A DNA stretch of 19,325 nucleotides from Candidatus Cloacimonadota bacterium. GTDB lineage: Bacteria > Cloacimonadota > Cloacimonadia > Cloacimonadales > WRIO01. The stretch spans positions 1-19,325 of the forward strand of contig JAKQQL010000248.1 of assembly GCA_029564175.1 (NCBI GenBank), read 5' to 3'. The translations under genes and the position numbers were made by a program. Of this stretch, positions 1 to 9,112 are shown one piece after another (position 1 is the stretch's first letter; every line of letters begins with the position of its first letter). The notes beneath the pieces are model-generated. The model had not been told where the DNA came from. It ran no database searches and saw only the letters and a list, made by a program, of their open reading frames with translations.

Positions 1-153
1 GAGGATTTTAAGAAACTGCCTATTATAGCGGTGACGGCCTATGCATTCCCTGATGACCGTATGCGTGCAATGAAGGCCGGTTGCACTGATTATCTGCCCA
101 AGCCGGTGAGCAGCAATGACCTGTATCGCAAGATCACGGAACTGACCCGTTAA
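1..153 (+). CDS. 3' end of a response-regulator receiver-domain protein (partial; host gene)
   Basis: Frame 1 reads EDFKKLPIIAVTAYAFPDDRMRAMKAGCTDYLPKPVSSNDLYRKITELTR* (TAA at 151-153). The PIIAVTA...AGC.DYL.KP pattern is the C-terminal half of a REC domain. Confidence 0.9.
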   Translation, partial: EDFKKLPIIAVTAYAFPDDRMRAMKAGCTDYLPKPVSSNDLYRKITELTR

Positions 154-235
154 TAGTCAAAAAGTTTCTGCAGGATAAGGGCTTTTGCAAACTAATCATA
201 GCACCCGGGGTGCCCGGGGATTAATAAGAACAGAA

Positions 236-340
236 TGAGTCAGGCTCTTTTATGGGCTAGTGATGATACTTGATTCAGTCGCTCCTATGCGCAGTGATGG
301 TACTTGATTCAGTCCCTCCTATGGGTGGTGATGGCACTTA
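236..340. repeat. Degenerate 34-bp tandem repeat (about 3 units), intergenic
   Basis: AGTGATGATACTTGATTCAGTCGCTCCTATGCGC (259-292), AGTGATGGTACTTGATTCAGTCCCTCCTATGGGT (293-326), a partial unit at 327-340 and a degenerate unit from about 236. Confidence 0.75.
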
Positions 341-406
341 AAGCTCAGGACACATTATTTTTACCATCACCTGGCTTTTCGGAAACTGATTAGTCACAAA
401 TTTTAT

Positions 407-414
407 TATTTTTG
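407..414 (+). promoter_or_regulatory. Putative Bacteroidota primary-sigma -7 element upstream of the tRNA
   Basis: TATTTTTG(CC) matches TAnnTTTG, about 95 bp upstream of tRNA-Pro. No clear -33 TTTG. Confidence 0.45.
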
Positions 415-508
415 CCAACCTGAACTATTGTTCAGGCCGTTCTTTGTCGTTGAATTGACGGAGGGTGAACAGTTCCTTCTCTGCCGCTTGGCGGGCGTGG
501 GGTTTAAT

Positions 509-581
509 CGGGGTGTAGCGCAGTTGGTAGCGTACTACGTTCGGGACGTAGGGGTCGGAAGTTCGAGTCTTCTCACCCCGA
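509..581 (+). tRNA. tRNA-Pro (anticodon CGG), CCA not encoded
   Basis: Acceptor stem CGGGGTG/CACCCCG plus discriminator A. D arm GCGC AGTTGGTA GCGT. Anticodon arm CTACG TT-CGG-GA CGTAG. T arm GGAAG TTCGAGT CTTCT. Confidence 0.96.
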
Positions 582-583
582 CT
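570..583 (+). repeat. att core (attL), 3' end of tRNA-Pro
   Basis: TTCTCACCCCGACT, identical to 12930-12943. Confidence 0.9.
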
Positions 584-619
584 AAGGGTAATTGATAATC
601 AATCAGTTACCCTTTTTTT
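584..619 (+). terminator. Intrinsic terminator-like hairpin after the tRNA, containing an IHF-like site
   Basis: AAGGGTAATTGAT (584-596) pairs with ATCAGTTACCCTT (602-614), with a T run to 619. AATCAA-TCAG-TTA (597-609) fits WATCAAN4TTR. Confidence 0.7.
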
Positions 620-637
620 GTACCGATTTTGTACCGA
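616..637 (+). repeat. Tandem TTTTGTACCGA x2, putative integrase arm-type sites (left end)
   Basis: Exact 11-bp tandem at 616-626 and 627-637. The same motif occurs four times at 12753-12803. Confidence 0.75.
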
Positions 638-940
638 AAAGGATATAAAGAAATAAGTTTGATATTTTCATTCCAAATCAGGTTATCCCTGTCATAAAAA
701 ATTTTCATCTCCAACTCATTTTTTTTCATTACCCAGAATTTCTGTTTAATTGTCATATTTTCAGTATGATAATTGAATATCTATTCTGTCACCTTAACTC
801 TTTTTTCACTCACCTGGTCACTCACAACTTGATTCTTTCAAAAATTTTATGTACTTATTAGGTAGATATACTTGATTACTGGAATTATATCATAAATATG
901 TCAGAAAATATTAAGATAAAAACTTTATACGATATGAAAA

Positions 941-1672
941 ATGAAAGTTGGAAGACCGAGAAAATATTTTGATGATGAAACAAGAAAATCTGTAAAGACA
1001 ATTCAAAATCGTGAAAGTCAAAGGAGATTACGACTGAAAAAGAAGGTTAAGGAGGAGATAAAATCACTTTTATCAAGTCCGAAAGACATCAATACACAAT
1101 ACAGGGAAGGAATAGTCGAACTTTTCTCTAAGTATAATTTTAACTACTTCTTTACAGGAACCCTTGACCCTAACTATCTTAAAAAAAGGGAGATAAAGGA
1201 GTACAATGACGAGATTAAGGAATTAAATAAATTACTTGATACTGATTTAAGTTATCAGGTGGAGAAGAAAATCGGAATTAATTCATTACGAAAATATACT
1301 GAAAGGTATATTCAATATCTTAATGATAGACAATACATTAAGAGATGGTTTGTGGTTTTTGAATTGGGTAAGAACTACAAATACCATATCCATATAATGT
1401 TTGAAACCAATAAGAACAAATGGAATTTCAAAAATTACTCCGAAGACCATTGGTTATTGGGAACTTCCATTACAGAACCGATAATATCTGAACTGGATAA
1501 ACTTACACTTCTGTCTTATTGTGTAAAGGAATTCAATCCAAAATCTCACAAGATCACTGATATGAACAAGATGGATAACTGGTTCTTTGAGGTGAATGAC
1601 GTTGTTGACCAGAGAGTTGATTATGACAGGGTTCCAAACATCTTAATTCCACAAATCGAATTTTTAAATTGA
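941..1672 (+). CDS. Putative HUH-superfamily rolling-circle Rep-like endonuclease with a basic N-terminal DNA-binding segment
   Basis: Motif 1-like YFFTGT, motif 2 FE...YHIHIMF (HUH) and motif 3-like SYCVKE (YxxK), in the expected order. N-terminal GRPRKY...RESQRRLRLKKK. No alanine. Confidence 0.6.
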   Translation: MKVGRPRKYFDDETRKSVKTIQNRESQRRLRLKKKVKEEIKSLLSSPKDINTQYREGIVELFSKYNFNYFFTGTLDPNYLKKREIKEYNDEIKELNKLLDTDLSYQVEKKIGINSLRKYTERYIQYLNDRQYIKRWFVVFELGKNYKYHIHIMFETNKNKWNFKNYSEDHWLLGTSITEPIISELDKLTLLSYCVKEFNPKSHKITDMNKMDNWFFEVNDVVDQRVDYDRVPNILIPQIEFLN

Positions 1673-1709
1673 ATAATAATTGGTAATTTTCCAGAACCAA
1701 TTATTTGTT

Positions 1710-3422
1710 ATGTCTACTAATCATTCAGAGATTTCGTCTTTTATATGGTCTGTCTGTGATGACCTTCTAAGGGGATTATTTAAACAACACGAATACGGGG
1801 ACGTTATTCTACCTTTTGTCGTTCTTCGTCGACTGGATTGTGTCTTAGAAACTTCAAAGGATAAGGTAATTGACCTTTACGAGAAGTTTTCCAAAAAAAT
1901 AGATGACCCAACTCCCGTCCTTTATAACGAGACAGGTTTGAATTTTTACAATTACTCCCGTTATGACCTTCAGAGATTAAAACAAGACCATCTCAATATT
2001 TCACTCAACTTCAACAACTACCTTAATGGGTTCAGTCCAAATGTCAGGGAGATAATTGAAAACTTTCAGTTAGAAAAACCTATTGAAAAACTGAATAAGA
2101 ACGGAAAACTTTATCAGTTAGTAGAAACATTTACTTCGATTGACTTACACCCTGATAGAGTTGATAATCACTCTATGGGTTCTATATTTGAGGAACTTCT
2201 CAGACGATTTTCAGAGATGTCCAATGAAACCAGTGGGGAACACTACACTCCTCGGGACGAGGTCAGATTATTGGTTTCACTCGTTTTCAGTGGTAATAAA
2301 GAAGATTTACAGGGACAGGGGAAGGTTCGTTCTCTTTTTGATTGTTGTTGTGGAACTGGTGGTATTCTTTCAATCGGTAAGAGATGGATTTTGGAGAATA
2401 TAAACTCTGATATTGAGATTAACCTATATGGTCAGGAGTTAAACCCTCAGACGTATTCAGTGTGTAAATCTGATATGTTGATTACTGGTGAAAATCCTGA
2501 CAACATTCGACTGGGTTCTTCTTTATCCAATGACCACTTTCAAGGAAGGAAGTTCGATTACCTTATGTCAAATGTTCCTTTTGGAGTTTCATGGAAGTCC
2601 GAACAAGAGTTTATCGAAAACGAAAGTCAAAATCCTAATGGAAGGTTTTTTGTTGGAACTCCAAGAACTTCAGATGGTTCTCTCCTTTTCTTACAACACA
2701 TGATTTCCAAAATGGAACCAACAGGTTCAAGGATAGGTATCATTTTCAATGGTTCTCCATTGTTTACAGGGGATAGTGGTTCGGGGGAGAGTGAAATCAG
2801 GAAATGGATTATTGAAAATGACTGGTTAGAATGTATTGTCCAATTACCTGACCAGTTATTCTTTAACACAGGAATAACTACCTATATATGGATATTATCA
2901 AATAACAAAAAACCACACAGGAAGGGTAAAATTCAGTTGATTGATGGTTCCACTTTCTATAAGAACATGAAGAAATCATTGGGTAATAAGAGAAAATTCA
3001 TACCCGATGAGATGATTGAGGAGATTACAAATCTGTATGAAAAATTCGAAGTGACTGATAATTCAAAGATATATCCCAATGAGTTCTTTGGATATACAAA
3101 AGTTACAATAGAACGACCATCAATTGTTGACGGGAAAATTGAAAAAGATAAAAAGGGAAACCCGAAACCTGATAGTTCCCTTAGAGACACAGAACGAATA
3201 CCACTGGGTACAGATATAGATGAGTATTTTCTGAAAGAGGTTAAACCACATCTCTCTGATAGTTGGATGGACAGGACGAAAGATAGTGTCGGATATGAAA
3301 TAAACTTCACCAAGTATTTCTACAAATACAAACCTCTAAGGTCAGTGGAAGAGATTACTAAGGAATTGTTGGATTTGGAAAAGGAAACGGATGGATTAAT
3401 GAATAAACTTCTAAATCAATGA
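1710..3422 (+). CDS. hsdM: Type I RM methyltransferase subunit
   Basis: IWSVCDDLLRG, YGDVILPFVVLRRLDCVL, GEHYTPR, motif I FDCCCGTGG, YGQELN, motif IV SNVPF, NGSPLFTGDSGSGESEIR, GYEINFTKYFY. ATG at 1710 preferred to the TTG at 1680. No alanine. Confidence 0.95.
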   Translation: MSTNHSEISSFIWSVCDDLLRGLFKQHEYGDVILPFVVLRRLDCVLETSKDKVIDLYEKFSKKIDDPTPVLYNETGLNFYNYSRYDLQRLKQDHLNISLNFNNYLNGFSPNVREIIENFQLEKPIEKLNKNGKLYQLVETFTSIDLHPDRVDNHSMGSIFEELLRRFSEMSNETSGEHYTPRDEVRLLVSLVFSGNKEDLQGQGKVRSLFDCCCGTGGILSIGKRWILENINSDIEINLYGQELNPQTYSVCKSDMLITGENPDNIRLGSSLSNDHFQGRKFDYLMSNVPFGVSWKSEQEFIENESQNPNGRFFVGTPRTSDGSLLFLQHMISKMEPTGSRIGIIFNGSPLFTGDSGSGESEIRKWIIENDWLECIVQLPDQLFFNTGITTYIWILSNNKKPHRKGKIQLIDGSTFYKNMKKSLGNKRKFIPDEMIEEITNLYEKFEVTDNSKIYPNEFFGYTKVTIERPSIVDGKIEKDKKGNPKPDSSLRDTERIPLGTDIDEYFLKEVKPHLSDSWMDRTKDSVGYEINFTKYFYKYKPLRSVEEITKELLDLEKETDGLMNKLLNQ

Positions 3423-4345
3423 AATTATTCAGTCTTAATAATCAGGTTGTTAAGAGTATTACTTCCAAGGATTTCAAACTCGAAAAGGATATACAAAATC
3501 TCGTGGAGAAGAACCTTGAAGAATTCTTTCATCTTCAGTTTGTAAGTTCTGAATTGATAATTAAAAACTTCAGAATTGACACCTTGGGTTTTAACAGGGA
3601 GAACAAGTCATTTGTAATTATCGAGTATAAGAAAGAAAGAAACTATTCAGTAATTGACCAAGGATATACCTACCTGTCCCTCATGTTAAATAATAAATCA
3701 GATTTTATTCTTGAATTCAACGAAAAAAATAATGGGTCGTTGAAAAGAGATGATGTTGACTGGACACAATCAAAGGTAGTTTTCATTTCACCACAATTTA
3801 CAGAATATCAGAAACATTCAGTGAATTTTAAAGATGTTCCTTTTGAGTTATGGGAGATTAAGATGTATGAAAATAATACTATCGGTCTCATTCAACATAA
3901 AACTACTTCATCTGAGAGTATTTCAACCATTAGTTCAGATAGTGGGAATGTTATAAGTCAGGTCTCCAAAGAGGTGAAGATTTATGATGAAGAGTACCAT
4001 CTGACAAGGAGTAAATCCCGACCTGAATGGGTCAATGAGTTATATTTCTCTCTAAAAGACAGGATTTTAAACCTCGGTGAAGTGGAAATTCAATATCGGG
4101 GGAACTATATCAGTTTCAGGAGGAAAAGACCATTTATCGATGTTATTTTTTGGAATAAAGGATTGGTTCTTATGTTGAACCTAAAGAAGGGGACACTAAA
4201 CGACACAAATAGTTTGACGAAAGATATAAGTGGAGTCGGTCACTGGGGTAATGGAGATTATCAGATTACAATGGATAATAAAACTGACCTCGATTATGTG
4301 ATGTTTTTAATCAATCAATCCTACAAGTACCAGGAAAATGAATAA
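3419..4345 (+). CDS. Predicted PD-(D/E)xK (NucS/DUF91-like) nuclease domain fused to a DUF5655-like C-terminal domain
   Basis: LEKDIQ...RIDTLG...FVIIEYK nuclease pattern, SVIDQGY and VDWTQSK, and C-terminal DISGVGHWGNGDY. Overlaps the hsdM stop (ATGA) and the hsdS start. Domain names are from motif recognition only. Confidence 0.7.
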   Translation: MKLFSLNNQVVKSITSKDFKLEKDIQNLVEKNLEEFFHLQFVSSELIIKNFRIDTLGFNRENKSFVIIEYKKERNYSVIDQGYTYLSLMLNNKSDFILEFNEKNNGSLKRDDVDWTQSKVVFISPQFTEYQKHSVNFKDVPFELWEIKMYENNTIGLIQHKTTSSESISTISSDSGNVISQVSKEVKIYDEEYHLTRSKSRPEWVNELYFSLKDRILNLGEVEIQYRGNYISFRRKRPFIDVIFWNKGLVLMLNLKKGTLNDTNSLTKDISGVGHWGNGDYQITMDNKTDLDYVMFLINQSYKYQENE

Positions 4346-5567
4346 ATATAATTCATATAAACCATCAGGTATTGATTGGATTGGTGATATCCCAGAGCAT
4401 TGGATTTTATCACGAATAGGTCGTCATTACTTTCTTGAAAGAGGAAGGGTTATTTCGAAAGAGGAGATAATTGATAATCAAGGGGAATATCCAGTATATA
4501 GTAGTCAGACTGAGAATAATGGCGTTTTAGGTTCGATAAATACTTTTGATTTTGAAGGTGAATATGTGACTTGGACGACAGACGGGGCAAACGCTGGGAC
4601 ATGTTTTCATCGTACTGGGAAGTTTAATACAACAAATGTGTGTGGTCTTTTATCAAATAAAGAAAATGGATATAGTAACTTGAAATATCTTAATTACCTA
4701 TTGAATTTAGGAACTAAGGGATACGTAAGGTTGGATATTAATCCAAAACTTATGAATAATATGATGGGAGATATACCTGTCATCTTTCCCTCCATTTTCG
4801 AACAAAATCAAATCGTTATCTTTTTAGACGAAAAGACCGAAATAATTGACAAGTTGATTTCAACGAAGGAAAAGAAAATTGAACTCCTGAAGGAACAACG
4901 AACCTCCCTAATTAATCAGGTTATCACTAAAGGTCTTGACCCAAATGTAAAAATGAAAGATAGTGGGATTGAATGGATTGGGGAGATACCTGAACATTGG
5001 GAAACGAGAAAACTGAAATCCGTATCAGACTATATAACTGAGAAAGGGATACCAAGTTCTTCGGACGTTAGAATTTCTCCAGAAAATGTCGAACAGGGAA
5101 CTGGTGTCTGTTTAAATCTTTACTCTGAATATGATAATGAAGGTTTTAAGTTCCAAAGAGGGGATATTTTATTTAACAAACTACGAGTTTATTTATCTAA
5201 AGTCATTTTGACAAGTTATGAGGGATATTCGATGGGAGAAATGATTGTTGTGAGACCGAGGAAAATCAATAACCAATTTCTTTTCCATATAATGTTGAGT
5301 TATGGTTTCATTAATTCTTGTAACTCCTTCAATATTGGGGTCAAATTACCAAGAGTTTCACCTGAGGTAATTTTTAACTCAGTTGTTCCTATTCCCCCCA
5401 TTAAGGAACAAAATAGGATAGTTGAAATAATAAATGAGAACTTTCAAGAAACAAGTAATATTATTTCATTGGAAAAGAGGAAAATAGATTTACTAAAAGA
5501 ATACCGACAATCTCTAATTTCAGAGGTAGTTACGGGAAAAATTGATGTAAGAAACAATGTAAACTAA
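4338..5567 (+). CDS. hsdS: Type I RM specificity subunit (two TRDs)
   Basis: Duplicated conserved blocks YKPSGIDWIGDIPEHW and MKDSGIEWIGEIPEHW, P...EQ..IV spacers, and C-terminal LKEYRQSLISEVVTGKIDV. Confidence 0.95.
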   Translation: MNKYNSYKPSGIDWIGDIPEHWILSRIGRHYFLERGRVISKEEIIDNQGEYPVYSSQTENNGVLGSINTFDFEGEYVTWTTDGANAGTCFHRTGKFNTTNVCGLLSNKENGYSNLKYLNYLLNLGTKGYVRLDINPKLMNNMMGDIPVIFPSIFEQNQIVIFLDEKTEIIDKLISTKEKKIELLKEQRTSLINQVITKGLDPNVKMKDSGIEWIGEIPEHWETRKLKSVSDYITEKGIPSSSDVRISPENVEQGTGVCLNLYSEYDNEGFKFQRGDILFNKLRVYLSKVILTSYEGYSMGEMIVVRPRKINNQFLFHIMLSYGFINSCNSFNIGVKLPRVSPEVIFNSVVPIPPIKEQNRIVEIINENFQETSNIISLEKRKIDLLKEYRQSLISEVVTGKIDVRNNVN

Positions 5568-5572
5568 TCCCA

Positions 5573-8533
5573 ATGGTATATTCAGAAAAGAATTTGGAAG
5601 AACATATTGAACAATCACTCATACACACAGGTTATAAATCCCGTCTTTTTAATGAATATGATAGAGTTTTGTGTTCAATCCCGTCAGACATTGTTGAATT
5701 TATTAAAGAAACACAGGATAAGGAATTCAAGAAGTTAAGGGAACAATATGGGTCTGACACTGAGAAAAAACTTGTTACCCGTATCAATAATGAAATTTCA
5801 TCAAGAGGATTGATTGATGTCTTACGAAAAGGAGTAAAAGATAGAGGTTGTAATTTCAGGTTGGTCTATTTTCAACCCAAAACCTCTTTAAACCCTGAAC
5901 ATAAGGAACTTTATAAGAAAAATCGGTTTATTATAGTCCGACAGGTTCATTATTCCTTGAAAAACGAGAAATCACTCGATATGGTTCTTTTCCTGAATGG
6001 ACTTCCGTTTCTTACAATGGAATTAAAGAACCAACTGACCAATCAAACTATTCTCGATTCGGAAAGACAATATAAGTACGACAGAGATCCCAAGGAACAA
6101 TTATTTCAATTTCAGAGGTGTATAGTACACTTCTGTTGTGATAATGACAGGGTTTCAATGACAACAAGGTTATCAGGGGAAAAGACAAAATTTTTACCCT
6201 ATAACAAGGGAATAGATAATCCTGAAACAGATGGTTTAAGAACCAACTATTTGTGGAAAGAGATTTTAACTCCAAATTCTGTATTAGACATACTCGAAAA
6301 CTTCGTTCATCTGTCAATCGAAAAGGAAAAAGAATGGAGTGAAAAGGAAGGTAGAGTTGTTGAAAAGAAGACTGAATTATTGATATTTCCAAGATACCAT
6401 CAGTTAGAGGTAATCAGAAAGTTAAGGGAAACTTTAGTTAAAGAGGGTATCGGTAAGAACTATCTTATCCAACACACAACTGGTAGTGGGAAAAGTTATG
6501 AAATCGGGTGGTTGTCTCATCTTTTAACGTCACTTTACAGAACTCCATCTGATACAAAACGTATTTTTGATACCATAGTGGTAGTTACTGACAGGAAGGT
6601 AATTGACAGACAACTTCAACATACTATTAAACAACTGGAACAGACGAGAGGAGTTGTTAATCCTGTTGATGTGAATAGTCAACAATTAAAGGAATACCTC
6701 GAAAAAGGGAAAGACATCATAATAACCACAATTCAGAAATTTCCAAGGATATCTGAAACAATTAATGAACTCCCAGGTCATTCATTCGGAATAATCGTGG
6801 ATGAAGTCCATTCAAGTCAGTCAGGAGAAAGTTCCAAACATTTGAAAAAATCCTTATCAGTTGAAGATATAGACGAGGTAGAGGACGATGAATATAATGA
6901 TATCGACAGGAGAATTCTGGATGAAATCAGAAGTCGTGGGAAAAAGAATAATCTGAGTTTCTTTGGTTTTACAGGTACTCCAAAAAACAAGACACTTGAA
7001 ATTTTTGGTCGGAAAAACGAGGAAGGGAAGTATATCCCGTTCCATGTGTATTCGATGAAACAATCAATTAATGAGGGATTTACATTAGATGTTTTACAGA
7101 ATTTCACAACATATTCGAGATGGTTTAAACTAAACAAGGAGGTTAAGGAGGACAAAGAACTTCCAAAGAACAAAGTAATGGAAGAGTTGGTGAGATATGT
7201 TGACGGACATTCCATTACTATCCGACATAAGGTTTCAATAATCCTTGACCATTTCCTAAAACACACCTCAAAAAAGATACAGGGGAAAGGTCGTGGTATG
7301 ATTGTCGTCCGTTCCCGTAAACATTGTGTCCTTTATTTCCACGAAATGAGGAAACAGATGAAAGAGATGGGATTACCCTTTTCATGTTTGGTTGGATTTA
7401 GTGGTGTTGTACATATTGATGGACAGGATTATACAGAAGACACTCTTAACAAACTTCCATCAAGAGTATCTATTCCTGAAGGATTTAAAGACCCAGGTTA
7501 CAGAATACTGATTGTGAGTAACAAATTTCAGACAGGGTATGATGAACCTCTTCTTCATTCAATGTTTATTGATAAAACACTTGGTGGACTACAATGTGTA
7601 CAAACAATTTCCCGATTAAATCGAAAAATGACAGGGAAGACAGACACATTCGTTTTGGATTTTGTAAATGAACCTAAAGAAATTTACAGGTCTTTCAAGG
7701 ATTACTATGAGGACACAATGTTGGAGGAAGAAACAGATCCCAATCGACTTTACACACTTCAAAATGACATTGAAGGTGTAAATCTATTCACTAAATATGA
7801 AGTCGAGGAGTTTTGTAAGATTTTCTACGATCAAAGTATTCCCCAGGAACGTTTACAACCGATTTTAAACAAGGTCGTGGATAAATGGAAGGATATCCCT
7901 GATGAAGAAGAAAGAGAGTTATTTCGGTCAAATATTCAATCCTACATTCGACTTTATGGGTACATTACTCAAATTATGACCTTTACAGATTTGGAGTTAG
8001 AAAAACTCTATGTTTTTGTGAAATATCTTAATAAAAAACTACCGAAAAGAGAGAAACCTCAGATACTTGATATTCTTAATTCTGTTGACCTTGAAAGTTT
8101 CCGTATCCAACAGACCTTTTCAGGGAAGATCGTCCTTGAAAACGGAGAAAAAGGAGGTATTTTAAAGGGAATCGAGATGGGTAAATCTAAAGTTCCCGAA
8201 GAACCTGAATTGGACTTACTTTCTGAGATTGTCAAACATATCAATGACGTTTACGGAACTGAAATAACTGAACAGGATAAGGTTGACCTTGAAAATATGA
8301 AAACTAAGGTCGTAACTAATGTGGGACTTCAGAAAGTTTTAAATGGGGATAATTCTGAAACCAATAAAAGGAAGAAATTTGACGATGTTCTTAACAAAAC
8401 CATATTATCCTACTTTAACGAAAGATTTGATTTCTTCAAAAAGATTGATGACCCAAGAATTAAGGATTTTATTGGTCAATTAATTTACGATGAAATGAGG
8501 TCGGGTAATTTGGATAAATATATTCAATCCTGA
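5573..8533 (+). CDS. hsdR: Type I RM restriction/translocase subunit
   Basis: Nuclease motif DMVLFLNGLP..TMELK, PRYHQ, Walker A HTTGSGKS, VVTDR, TTIQKF, Walker B VDEVH, FTGTPK, KFQTGYD and QTISRLNR. 986 aa with no alanine. Confidence 0.95.
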   Translation: MVYSEKNLEEHIEQSLIHTGYKSRLFNEYDRVLCSIPSDIVEFIKETQDKEFKKLREQYGSDTEKKLVTRINNEISSRGLIDVLRKGVKDRGCNFRLVYFQPKTSLNPEHKELYKKNRFIIVRQVHYSLKNEKSLDMVLFLNGLPFLTMELKNQLTNQTILDSERQYKYDRDPKEQLFQFQRCIVHFCCDNDRVSMTTRLSGEKTKFLPYNKGIDNPETDGLRTNYLWKEILTPNSVLDILENFVHLSIEKEKEWSEKEGRVVEKKTELLIFPRYHQLEVIRKLRETLVKEGIGKNYLIQHTTGSGKSYEIGWLSHLLTSLYRTPSDTKRIFDTIVVVTDRKVIDRQLQHTIKQLEQTRGVVNPVDVNSQQLKEYLEKGKDIIITTIQKFPRISETINELPGHSFGIIVDEVHSSQSGESSKHLKKSLSVEDIDEVEDDEYNDIDRRILDEIRSRGKKNNLSFFGFTGTPKNKTLEIFGRKNEEGKYIPFHVYSMKQSINEGFTLDVLQNFTTYSRWFKLNKEVKEDKELPKNKVMEELVRYVDGHSITIRHKVSIILDHFLKHTSKKIQGKGRGMIVVRSRKHCVLYFHEMRKQMKEMGLPFSCLVGFSGVVHIDGQDYTEDTLNKLPSRVSIPEGFKDPGYRILIVSNKFQTGYDEPLLHSMFIDKTLGGLQCVQTISRLNRKMTGKTDTFVLDFVNEPKEIYRSFKDYYEDTMLEEETDPNRLYTLQNDIEGVNLFTKYEVEEFCKIFYDQSIPQERLQPILNKVVDKWKDIPDEEERELFRSNIQSYIRLYGYITQIMTFTDLELEKLYVFVKYLNKKLPKREKPQILDILNSVDLESFRIQQTFSGKIVLENGEKGGILKGIEMGKSKVPEEPELDLLSEIVKHINDVYGTEITEQDKVDLENMKTKVVTNVGLQKVLNGDNSETNKRKKFDDVLNKTILSYFNERFDFFKKIDDPRIKDFIGQLIYDEMRSGNLDKYIQS

Positions 8534-8784
8534 CCATCGAAATTTTCGTTGTCTTCAGATATCGGATTGGTCTTTATGAAATCTTCATATTCTTTTACGA
8601 GTAGACCAATAAGAAAAATAAAGTCATTTCTTGTAATTACATAAATGAGGTCTTCGTCAGACAGATGTGATTTATCTTTTATATGTAATACAAACTCTCT
8701 TAGTCTATTTTCAACGTTTTTATCAATAGGAAAAAATTCGTTTAATTTAAAATAATGGATTTCGTTATGAGGTTCTTTCTTCAT
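8524..8784 (-). CDS. Hypothetical protein (86 aa)
   Basis: ATG-initiated ORF converging on hsdR with a 10-bp overlap. No recognisable motif. Confidence 0.55.
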   Translation of the reverse strand: MKKEPHNEIHYFKLNEFFPIDKNVENRLREFVLHIKDKSHLSDEDLIYVITRNDFIFLIGLLVKEYEDFIKTNPISEDNENFDGQD

Positions 8785-8818
8785 TGATGAGATCTGACAA
8801 TTTGTTTTAATAATTCGT

Positions 8819-8989
8819 TCAATCTGATTTCAATACTTCTTTCGTTATTTGTTCCAAATTCAGGGGAAGGTTGGATTTTACCGACTTGGTTTTACTCTTT
8901 CTTTTCAATTTTAGGGTATCAGTTAGAAACCTTAGTTGTCTTTCTGTAACTAACATCAGTATTCGTTTCTTCCTCGATTTTTTACCCAT
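8819..8989 (-). CDS. Small basic protein (56 aa), possible ribbon-helix-helix-like regulator; not in the ORF track
   Basis: My translation is MGKKSRKKRILMLVTERQLRFLTDTLKLKRKSKTKSVKSNLPLNLEQITKEVLKSD*. It is preceded by GATATTTATAGTTATG, similar to the leader of ORF 9517. Confidence 0.4.
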   Translation of the reverse strand: MGKKSRKKRILMLVTERQLRFLTDTLKLKRKSKTKSVKSNLPLNLEQITKEVLKSD

Positions 8990-9112
8990 AACTATAAATA
9001 TCTCGGTATCTTGATTAATCTTTCTTTCATTTCATTAATTGGAAAATTCAACACCAATTATTCAAATAGTCCAGAAATTCCTGGATAATACTTCCAGATT
9101 GAGGTTTTAAAA

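Noticed and set aside
201..219. GC-rich palindrome GCACCCGGGGTGCCCGGGG as a terminator
   Set aside because: The possible stems are short or have a very small loop, and there is no downstream U tract.
236..340. 34-bp repeats as a CRISPR array
   Set aside because: The units are directly adjacent with no unique spacers, there are only about 3 degenerate copies, and no cas genes are present.
2140..8244. Nested or antisense ORFs at 2140, 2488, 2627, 2957, 6048, 6817, 6857 and 8059
   Set aside because: These are shadow frames inside well-supported hsdM and hsdR genes and have no motifs.
1710..8533. The element's own type I RM as the cause of GpC avoidance
   Set aside because: Type I enzymes recognise long bipartite sites and protect their own DNA by methylation, so they cannot account for loss of a dinucleotide.
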